Shown: one piece after another, positions 9,191 through 15,254 of the stretch | How positions within the stretch are numbered: the stretch's first letter is position 1 | How the letters are laid out: the number at the start of each line of letters is the position of its first letter | DNA from: an uncultured Lachnospiraceae bacterium | GTDB lineage: Bacteria; Bacillota; Clostridia; Lachnospirales; Lachnospiraceae | Length of the DNA: 41,963 nucleotides | Direction of reading: 5' to 3' | NCBI GenBank assembly: GCA_902764045.1 | Contig: CACWUI010000001.1 | Location: 1-41,963 of the forward strand | The notes under the pieces: model-generated | What the model saw: only the letters and a program-made list of their open reading frames with translations | What the model was told of the DNA's origin: nothing | Databases searched by the model: none | Position numbers and translations under genes: made by a program

Positions 9191-9302
9191 TTATTGTAAC
9201 AGATGTTCGGTATTTTATCAAGAAATATTTACGGCTATTGATAAATTGTTTGAAGAAGATCGGAGGGCTATTGCGGGAGACCGGAGGACGGTTCGAGGAG
9301 AC
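9191..9302. repeat. ~110-bp dispersed repeat, copy A (promoter block plus GC-rich upstream part)
   Basis: It is about 90% identical to 12343-12455. It contains the inverted repeat TTATCAA-N16-TTGATAA and the segment GGAGACCGG(A/G)GGACGG(G)TTCGAGGAGAC. Confidence 0.85.
9193..9221 (-). promoter_or_regulatory. Sigma-A-type promoter for the toxin transcript (TTGATA-N17-TACAAT on the minus strand)
   Basis: The minus strand reads cTTGATAaaataccgaacatctgtTACAATaattcgg. The same promoter block is repeated at 12345-12373. Confidence 0.6.
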
Positions 9303-9349
9303 AGGGTGACAGTTTTCTGTCTCCCATATGGAGACTGAGAACTGTCACC
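9297..9349. repeat. Nested REP-like palindromes at the 3' end of the AraC gene
   Basis: GGAGACAG (9297-9304) pairs with CTGTCTCC (9317-9324). GGTGACAGTT (9305-9314) pairs with AACTGTCACC (9340-9349). GTCTCC-catatg-GGAGAC forms a third palindrome. Confidence 0.7.
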
Positions 9350-10199
9350 ATTGATCACCTTTCCTGTATTCCAAAGGAGTGCATCCGTATTGTCGTTTAA
9401 AGAGACGATTATAATAACTCTGATCAGTAAAACCGCAATCAAGAGCGATCTTAGCTATGCTTTCATTAGTTGTCCTGAGCATATCGCGGCTGATCTCAAG
9501 ACGATGCATATTTAAAAAATTAACAGGCGTCAAATTGGTATATTGTTTAAAAAGCTTTGAGCACTGACTCCGGCTGATATGCCCTGCGGCTGCGATATCA
9601 TCAAGTGTTATCGGTTCACTGAAGTGCTCATATATGTATTCAGCCATCTTCTGTTGTATGAATTGGTTTTCCTCTACGGGAGCAGGAGCAGGTCCCGATA
9701 CATAAGCTTTATAAAGATGCCACATTATCTTATAAAGTATAGATAGCATTTCAAGTTCGGATCCGTCTTCATCCCGTTTTTTTATTTCCTCAATTTCAGA
9801 AATATAATTATTTATTTCCGCAGCATGACTGTCGCTTCCTTCAAATCGTAAATGGGAAAAGCCTTTATCTTCTAAAAAAATCCTGATATATCTTTCATAG
9901 ACAGCAGGTATATTCTTAAGGAGATCTGCTCCGATGATAAGGATACGGTGGCTGCTGTTTTCGTCCGTAGGGTAAAGGGCATGCAGACGGTCATGATTTA
10001 TAAAGCAAATGTCGCCTTTTTTAAGGTCAAAGGGAGAATCCTCTGTCTGGCACCTGATAGAACCTTTAAGGACAGATATGATCTCAATATCTTTATGCAT
10101 GTGGGACATTTCGCTGTGTGTCTTATGCTCACCAAGACATTCTCTGCAGGTAAAGACCGGCAACTCTCTCGTGTTATAGTGAATGGTATCTATAAACAT
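9345..10199 (-). CDS. AraC/XylS-family transcriptional regulator (N-terminal cupin-like sensor, C-terminal double HTH)
   Basis: The C-terminus reads ITLDDIAAAGHISRSQCSKLFKQYTNLTPVNFLNMHRLEISRDMLRTTNESIAKIALDCGFTDQSYYNRLFKRQYGCTPLEYRK, which is a typical AraC HTH. Confidence 0.9.
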   Translation of the reverse strand: MFIDTIHYNTRELPVFTCRECLGEHKTHSEMSHMHKDIEIISVLKGSIRCQTEDSPFDLKKGDICFINHDRLHALYPTDENSSHRILIIGADLLKNIPAVYERYIRIFLEDKGFSHLRFEGSDSHAAEINNYISEIEEIKKRDEDGSELEMLSILYKIMWHLYKAYVSGPAPAPVEENQFIQQKMAEYIYEHFSEPITLDDIAAAGHISRSQCSKLFKQYTNLTPVNFLNMHRLEISRDMLRTTNESIAKIALDCGFTDQSYYNRLFKRQYGCTPLEYRKGDQW

Positions 10200-10409
10200 T
10201 AAATACTCCTTATTTTAAAAAACGTGCTAATGGCAGATATTTTAACACATTTTTACGGAAGAGAGGTCCAAATATAGAAAATAATCCTATTTTAATGAAA
10301 AAAAGTTCAATATTTATGTCGATATATGGAATATAATGCAATCATCCTTAAAACATCGAAAACAGACCGAACAACAATTTTAAAAACCAAAAAAAGGGAG
10401 GTAATTATT

Positions 10410-10646
10410 ATGAGAAATTATAACAGTACAAGCAGATGCTTACCGGGCTACAACAGCTGCGGTGTAGAAAATGGCCGAAGGAGTCAGTCAGAGGTAAAGG
10501 CGCCGGTATCCGGTAAAATGTCATGCAAGCCGGGATATAACAACTGTGCTATCGGCGGAGAGCCAAGACCAAGGACTGTACATGCAAAGGCAAGCGACGG
10601 AAACGGCAACAGGTGTAAGCCGGGATTTAACAGCTGCCATATCTGA
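10410..10646 (+). CDS. 78-aa basic peptide with three C-X6-C repeats (C[LK]PG[YF]N[SN]C)
   Basis: The SD AGGGAGG lies 8 nt before the ATG at 10410. The track ORF starts at 10326, which has no SD. The peptide is MRNYNSTSRCLPGYNSCGVENGRRSQSEVKAPVSGKMSCKPGYNNCAIGGEPRPRTVHAKASDGNGNRCKPGFNSCHI. A strong terminator lies downstream. Confidence 0.6.
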   Translation: MRNYNSTSRCLPGYNSCGVENGRRSQSEVKAPVSGKMSCKPGYNNCAIGGEPRPRTVHAKASDGNGNRCKPGFNSCHI

Positions 10647-10734
10647 TGGTCTGTGCAGGGAAAGCAGTTGTATATATAATATCAACAGAAAGGATAAAAC
10701 GAGTGGATTTTAAGGAAAAAATAAGAAAGAAAAA

Positions 10735-10767
10735 ATGATCGAAGAAGACCTTCGATCATTTTTTTTT
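10735..10767. terminator. Bidirectional rho-independent terminator
   Basis: A perfect 10-bp stem forms between ATGATCGAAG (10735-10744) and CTTCGATCAT (10750-10759). An A-run lies upstream and a T8 run downstream. Confidence 0.8.
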
Positions 10768-10768
10768 G

Positions 10769-10833
10769 AGATTATGGGGATCCGGAGAAGGTGCTTGACA
10801 TTTGGCTACCAACTTATTTGCCGTCCGGCCATT
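10769..10833. pseudogene. Relic junction: a LigT-like internal fragment fused to the 3' end of a toxin paralogue
   Basis: 10769-10805 (DYGDPEKVLDI in one frame) matches LigT at 13764-13803 (DYGNPEKVLDV) at about 31 of 36 nt. 10805-10833 matches 9053-9081, the toxin 3' end (...W(L/P)DGK stop), at 28 of 29 nt. The upstream frame is broken by stops. Confidence 0.55.
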
Positions 10834-10988
10834 ACCTTTCTTTACAGGGCACCGATGATAGAGCTGAATCCCCTTAATACCAGAGCAATGGCAGATAATT
10901 ATGTGGAAAACATCGGAATATCTGATGCCAAAGCCATTGATATGGCACGAATGACAAAGAAGTTCTTATTGACGAAAGACGACGAACT

Positions 10989-11045
10989 TTGACAAAAACA
11001 GTAAGGAACAGTAAAATTTTCTTAAAACAGTAATGAACAGAAAAG
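10989..11045 (+). promoter_or_regulatory. Near-consensus promoter TTGACA-N17-TAAAAT overlapped by direct repeats of AACAGTAA(G/A/T)GAACAG (X element, copy 1)
   Basis: TTGACA is at 10989-10994 and TAAAAT at 11012-11017. Repeats are at 10997-11016 and 11026-11045. The element is homologous to 13392-13448. Confidence 0.55.
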
Positions 11046-11111
11046 AGGAAAAATATGGAAAACAAATCAGGTTATGGCGCTGGGTAGGCCTGTTGCTTAT
11101 GGGATTTTGTA

Positions 11112-12254
11112 CTATTTATCAGTATTATCATCTAATTCCGGATGTTGCACATAAAACATTTCTTTTTGTGATTCAATTTCTGCTCGTAATTGCTCTTCTG
11201 TAGGTAGGCAAAGACGATATTTACTGGCAAAAAGCTGTTCATTTCCATGTAAGATCGAATATCGTGCGATATCCTCATCTGTCTCAGAGCACAAAACGAT
11301 ACCAAGTGTAGGATTATCCTCCGGTTGTTTTCTTAATTCGTCGTACATCCTGACATACATATCCATTTGACCCACGTCCTGATGCGTTATCTTTCCAATT
11401 TTCAAATCTACTAAAACAAAGCATTTTAAGATATAATTATAAAATACAATGTCTATATAATAATCTTCCTTCTCTGTATGAATTCGCTGTTGCCGTTCCA
11501 CAAAAGCAAAGCCTTTTCCTATCTCCATCATAAACTTTTCCAAATTTACAATAATATTTTTCTCAAGCTCCGGTTCATGATATTTTCTATTTTCTTCCAT
11601 TCCTAAGAAATCGGCAATAATAGGATTTCTTAAAAATTCATATTTTTTCCGGTAAGGGTTTACATTTTCTTTCATTTCTTCCTCGACCGACTTTTTATCA
11701 GTCGATAAAAGCGTTCGTTCATAATACTGTGTATTAATATTCCGCCTCAATGTATGTACAGACCATGACTGTTCTATAGCCTCTTTCTCATACCATGCCC
11801 TTGCTTCAGAATCAGAGACCTGAAGTAAACGTTCATAATGAGACCATGTAAGAATTCTTCTATCTTTATTAATTATTGCACTTTCACTAAATTGTGGGGT
11901 CAGCGTCCCCATAACCTTTGAATTAAAGACACTATCTGATTGTGGGGTCAGTGTCCCCACAATCTCCGGATAAGTCTGATAAAACTGCACATATCTATAA
12001 AGAGAGCGTTTATCAAAACCCTTACCATATTTTTGAGTTAGCTCTTCGGATAATTTAGATATGATACCCTCACCGTATCTTTCATTTCGTGAACCATTCA
12101 TATTTTCTCTTGAGATACGCATACCAAGGAGCCAGTTTCGAAGTACCAGTACTGTATTTACAGATGTCATTGCAGACTGTTGGGCATTTTCTACAATACT
12201 ATCTAAATCCCTTTGCAAATCATCCGACATATTGTATTCAATAAGCTCATTCAT
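11112..12254 (-). CDS. DUF1016/YhcG-family PD-(D/E)xK nuclease domain protein
   Basis: The segment EDYYIDIVFYNYILKCFVLVDLKIGKITHQDVGQMDMYV matches the D...(D/E)xK core of the YhcG family. The duplicated GTLTPQ segment and LTWSHYERLL are typical of the N-terminal DUF1016 region. Confidence 0.8.
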   Translation of the reverse strand: MNELIEYNMSDDLQRDLDSIVENAQQSAMTSVNTVLVLRNWLLGMRISRENMNGSRNERYGEGIISKLSEELTQKYGKGFDKRSLYRYVQFYQTYPEIVGTLTPQSDSVFNSKVMGTLTPQFSESAIINKDRRILTWSHYERLLQVSDSEARAWYEKEAIEQSWSVHTLRRNINTQYYERTLLSTDKKSVEEEMKENVNPYRKKYEFLRNPIIADFLGMEENRKYHEPELEKNIIVNLEKFMMEIGKGFAFVERQQRIHTEKEDYYIDIVFYNYILKCFVLVDLKIGKITHQDVGQMDMYVRMYDELRKQPEDNPTLGIVLCSETDEDIARYSILHGNEQLFASKYRLCLPTEEQLRAEIESQKEMFYVQHPELDDNTDK

Positions 12255-12342
12255 TAATTAGTCTCCATCTTTTTTAACGAGAATTTGCAACAACAAATAC
12301 CCCCCCTCCTTTTCCGTATCCGAATCGGTGGTGGTAGATGTA

Positions 12343-12455
12343 TGATTGTAACATATGTTCGCTATTTTATCAAGAAATATTTACGGCTATTGATAAATTA
12401 TTTAAAGAAGATCGGAGGGCGATTACAGGAGACCGGGGGACGGGTTCGAGGAGAC
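12343..12455. repeat. ~110-bp dispersed repeat, copy B; it carries the minus-strand promoter TTGATA-N17-TACAAT (12373-12345) that points into the DUF1016 gene
   Basis: It aligns with 9191-9302. The promoter hexamers and the 17-nt spacer length are conserved. Confidence 0.8.
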
Positions 12456-12483
12456 TTTACAATTTGACGAAGTGTTGTACAAT
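12456..12483 (+). promoter_or_regulatory. Promoter of sRNA copy B (TTTACA-N16-TGtTACAAT)
   Basis: TTTACA is at 12456-12461 and TACAAT at 12478-12483, with a TG extension. Confidence 0.5.
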
Positions 12484-12489
12484 GCTATG

Positions 12490-12550
12490 GAAACAAGGAT
12501 TCCAATATGAAACAACGAAACCCCCTGAGCAGCAACTCAGGGGGTTTCTA
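12490..12550 (+). ncRNA. Second copy of the candidate sRNA (solo; no intact toxin partner)
   Basis: The 3' half, AAACAACGAAACCCCCTGAGCAGCAACTCAGGGGGTTTCTATTCC, is nearly identical to 8976-9022. The hairpin is CCCCCTGAG (12521-12529) / CTCAGGGGG (12536-12544). Confidence 0.45.
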
Positions 12551-12655
12551 TTCCATTCTCTTACCAATTCAACCACAGGTTAAATGACATCAGCCTCCCG
12601 GTGTTTTATACTGTAAGCATGACAAGGAAATGCATTAAAAAGGGAGGAGAGAATC

Positions 12656-13042
12656 ATGGCAGATAAGATGCTGGTGACACAGGCACTTGATGAGAGAGAC
12701 CTGCTTGTAAAAAAGATCAGGGACAAGATCGCAAAGGCAAGCTTTGTGGATACCATCAAGCCAAACGAAGAGAAGGTGCTTGATGCCAGGGTGTCCCGTG
12801 ATGAATTTGCAAAGGATGCTGAGAGCATGCGGCTGTCCATTCTCGGGAAAGACACCAAGGTAAAGGAGGACAAGCCCCTTGAGGTTGTGGACGCATATGT
12901 GCGTGAAAATACCACGGAGCTTGTGGATCCCCTGGATGTGCAAAAGAAGGTGGCTAAACTGAAGGAAAAGCGGGACACACTGCTTACGGAGCTGGATACC
13001 CAGATCAAGGTGTCCAATGCCACTACATTTATAGAGATTTAA
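12656..13042 (+). CDS. Hypothetical 128-aa charged, coiled-coil-like protein
   Basis: It has a strong SD (AAGGGAGGAG, 7 nt before the ATG). I could not read a family signature. The antisense 147-aa ORF is Ser-rich and low in complexity. Confidence 0.6.
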   Translation: MADKMLVTQALDERDLLVKKIRDKIAKASFVDTIKPNEEKVLDARVSRDEFAKDAESMRLSILGKDTKVKEDKPLEVVDAYVRENTTELVDPLDVQKKVAKLKEKRDTLLTELDTQIKVSNATTFIEI

Positions 13043-13346
13043 AAATTAAATATTGTTTGCCTGCAACACGAAAACTTCAAACCCGGTTTCCCGATAACAG
13101 GGTTACGTTATAAAGGTTAAAACAGGATCCTATCGAAGGTAAAAATCGATACAGAAGATATAAACTGTTTTTTCTTTTTGGTAAATGGTGAATCGTAAAA
13201 GATTAACTGTTCTTTTCTTAAGCTTAAACCGCAAACCGAAAACTTTTTTTAAGACATAGCAATATGTTGAAATCCATGAAAAAGGTTAGGGCGCCAAACC
13301 GGTTGGTCTGAAGAGATCCTCATGGCTGTGTTGTGGGCTTTTTTTA

Positions 13347-13385
13347 TTGAGAATATTTATAGTTTTACAATTTGACGAAAAATGA
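13347..13385 (+). pseudogene. Relic of a LigT 5' end (TTG RIFIVLQFDEK stop)
   Basis: 28 of 31 nt are identical to the true LigT start region at 13627-13657 (MRLFIALQFDD). It includes the shared block TTTACAATTTGACGA. Confidence 0.55.
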
Positions 13386-13391
13386 CGAAAC

Positions 13392-13448
13392 TTGACGAAA
13401 ACAGTAAAGAACAGTAAAACTATCTTAAAACAGTAAAGAACAGTAAAA
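13392..13448 (+). promoter_or_regulatory. Promoter TTGACG-N17-TAAAAC with two perfect 20-bp direct repeats AACAGTAAAGAACAGTAAAA (X element, copy 2), upstream of LigT
   Basis: TTGACG is at 13392-13397 and TAAAAC at 13415-13420. Repeats are at 13400-13419 and 13429-13448, with the same 29-bp spacing as in copy 1. Confidence 0.55.
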
Positions 13449-13625
13449 GCGGAAGTTGGGTAATGTATGACCAATCACTATTTTCTTGTGTTCGGAAAAG
13501 AACTCGTACAAAAAAGGAATTGTTGATGGAAATACACATGGCTATGTGTCGTTTACATTGCCGCTTTTTGAAAACTATGTTTCGGATAATTTTGACGGGG
13601 AGATTTAAACGGTAAAGGATTTATA

Positions 13626-14123
13626 ATGAGATTATTCATAGCTTTACAATTTGACGACAACATCCTTGACGCCCTGACAGGCTTTCAGGATGATCTGAAA
13701 AATAAAGGAGTGACCGGTAATTTTACCCGGCGTGAGAATCTGCACATTACCCTGGCATTTATCGGTGATTACGGAAATCCGGAGAAGGTGCTTGACGTTT
13801 TGGAGCAGGTGGAGTTTGATCCGGTTGAGATAAGTCTTAAGGGAGTCGGAAGCTTCAGGGATATCTTCTGGGCAGGGATAAAGGACAGCCCGGAGCTTGC
13901 GGGATATGTCAGGAGGCTCAGACGCGAACTTTCCGCACAGGGGATCCCCTATGATAAAAAGAAATTTGCACCCCACATTACACTGATACGAAAGGCGTCA
14001 TACATTGGAGGAGGAAATATCCCCGTGGATGATCCGCCTGCGGGGAATATGACGGCAACAAGGGCGTTCCTTATGAAGTCAGAGCGCGGTAAGCGGGGGA
14101 TGATTTACACCGAGTTGGGGTGA
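13626..14123 (+). CDS. thpR: 2H-phosphoesterase: RNA 2',3'-cyclic phosphodiesterase / 2'-5' RNA ligase family (LigT/ThpR)
   Basis: Two H-x-T-x motifs are present (NLHITLAF and APHITLIR). The N-terminus is the typical MRLFIAL. The length of 165 aa fits the family. Confidence 0.85.
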   Translation: MRLFIALQFDDNILDALTGFQDDLKNKGVTGNFTRRENLHITLAFIGDYGNPEKVLDVLEQVEFDPVEISLKGVGSFRDIFWAGIKDSPELAGYVRRLRRELSAQGIPYDKKKFAPHITLIRKASYIGGGNIPVDDPPAGNMTATRAFLMKSERGKRGMIYTELG

Positions 14124-14138
14124 ATATTATATTTGTGA

Positions 14139-14175
14139 GGAGACAGGGGGGGGACGGTTTTCTGTCTCCCTTTAT
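14139..14175 (+). terminator. REP-like hairpin acting as the probable LigT terminator
   Basis: GGAGACAG (14139-14146) pairs with CTGTCTCC (14162-14169). The loop contains a G8 run and a weak T-rich tail follows. Confidence 0.45.
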
Positions 14176-14205
14176 CTATATACAAAAGAATTACTATGTG
14201 CCTTT

Positions 14206-14277
14206 GAATCAGAAACAGTAGAATTTAAAAAGAGCACTTCTGAACTGAAAGAAGGGATTATTTCTATTGCAAGCATT
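14206..14277 (+). pseudogene. Fragment resembling the N-terminus of an AlbA_2 (Schlafen-like) DNA-binding domain protein
   Basis: ESETVEFKKSTSELKEGIISIASI resembles the conserved E-x-x-x-EFK...LKE start of AlbA_2 domains. There is no start codon, and the frame ends 11 codons later. Confidence 0.4.
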
Positions 14278-14380
14278 AAGTGCTTTTTTCTGAAAATGAA
14301 CCTGTTTTATTGAAAATAGAACGAAAAGGAACTGATTACAATGGTTCATGGATTGTGAAGGAAAGAGGATAAAGAAAAAA

Positions 14381-14409
14381 ACACATTACATCAGTAGTGT
14401 GTTTTTTTG
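14381..14409. terminator. Rho-independent terminator (A-run / hairpin / T-run)
   Basis: ACACATTAC (14381-14389) pairs with GTAGTGTGT (14394-14402) and a T6 run follows. Confidence 0.6.
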
Positions 14410-14569
14410 TTGCAGAAAAATAATGCAGGTTCATGGCATAGACAACCTTTTATTGTTATGATATACTTCGTCTGCGGTATTCTCCGTATCAAATCGTGGC
14501 AATCGCCAAACTTATCGGATGTTCAAAATTTAGATAAAAGAATTAAAAGTAAAAAGATTTTCTTTTTAA

Positions 14570-14604
14570 TAGCTAATTTGTGCTATAATAATATTAGCTA
14601 ATTA
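14570..14604 (+). promoter_or_regulatory. Extended -10 promoter (TGcTATAAT) flanked by two copies of the palindrome A(T/A)TAGCTAAT; probable Phd/VapC autoregulatory operator
   Basis: TATAAT is at 14584-14589 and is preceded by TGc. TAGCTAAT is at 14570-14577 and ATTAGCTAAT at 14593-14602. Confidence 0.6.
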
Positions 14605-14620
14605 TGAAAGGGGAATCAGT

Positions 14621-14857
14621 ATGATAGAAGCATCTGCTACGGAAATGCAAAATAATTTCGGGAGGTATTTAAGTATGGTTATGGAAGGCAACGAGGTTAT
14701 CGTGACTAAAAACGGAAAAAATGTACGGCGTTTTATTCCCCAGGATGCAGTGGTGTCATTTTTAAGTGATTCACTCAAAGGTGTTCTGAAAGGGAATTAC
14801 GATCTTAAAAAAGAAAATAAGGAAAGGCTGACGAAAAAATATGAAACTTCTCATTGA
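14621..14857 (+). CDS. Phd/YefM-family type II antitoxin
   Basis: The N-terminus reads ASATEMQNNFGRYLSMVMEGNEVIVTKNGKNVRRFIP, which is typical of Phd/YefM. It overlaps the downstream PIN gene by 17 nt. Confidence 0.8.
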   Translation: MIEASATEMQNNFGRYLSMVMEGNEVIVTKNGKNVRRFIPQDAVVSFLSDSLKGVLKGNYDLKKENKERLTKKYETSH

Positions 14858-15254
14858 TGCAAATATAGTCCTTGACGTTTTACAGGATCGAAAGCCCCAT
14901 GTGGATAATTCATTGCTGATATGGAAGCTTTGTGAAGCAGGGATGGCGGAAGGGCATATTCTGACTTTGTCTTTTGCAAATCTGGTTTATGTTATGAGAA
15001 AGGAAATGGATTTTGTAAAAATAGAAAACACATTTAATACCATGGCCCGTATTTTCTCATTTGCTGAGTTGAAACAGAGGGATTTGGGAAATGCAGCAGT
15101 TCTGCATTGGGAAGATTTTGAGGATGCATTGCAAAGCGTAACCGCCGAAAGGATCGGAGCGGACTACATTATTACAAGGAATGTAAAAGATTATGAAGGA
15201 AGTTGTGTGAAGGCGATCACGCCGGAGAGTTTTTTGAGCGGTTTTCAGATGTGA
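14841..15254 (+). CDS. PIN-domain ribonuclease toxin (VapC-like)
   Basis: MKLLIDANIVLDVL contains the first acidic PIN residue. The C-terminal region reads DFEDALQ...ADYIITRN. The length is 137 aa and it is translationally coupled to the antitoxin. Confidence 0.8.
   Translation: MKLLIDANIVLDVLQDRKPHVDNSLLIWKLCEAGMAEGHILTLSFANLVYVMRKEMDFVKIENTFNTMARIFSFAELKQRDLGNAAVLHWEDFEDALQSVTAERIGADYIITRNVKDYEGSCVKAITPESFLSGFQM

Noticed and set aside
10326-10409. N-terminal 28-codon extension of the Cys-repeat peptide ORF (track start 10326)
   Set aside because: The ATG at 10326 lies beside a TATAAT-like box (10332-10337) and has no SD. The ATG at 10410 has an AGGGAGG box at ideal spacing.
10735-11065. 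ORFs 10735..10992 (+, 85 aa) and 10874..11065 (-, 63 aa), and the similar minus-strand ORF 13286..13474 (62 aa)
   Set aside because: They span a terminator, relic fragments and the X promoter repeats. The amino-acid similarity of the two minus-strand ORFs only mirrors the ~85% nucleotide identity of the repeat. There are no SDs and the start positions differ.
12580-13023. 147-aa minus-strand ORF antisense to the 12656..13042 gene
   Set aside because: It is a Ser/Thr/Phe-rich low-complexity translation with no SD. The plus-strand ORF has a strong SD and normal composition.
13466-13606. Open frame ending ...KGIVDGNTHGYVSFTLPLFENYVSDNFDGEI stop, in the LigT leader
   Set aside because: It looks like the C-terminal relic of some gene, but it has no start codon and I could not assign a family, so I did not call it.
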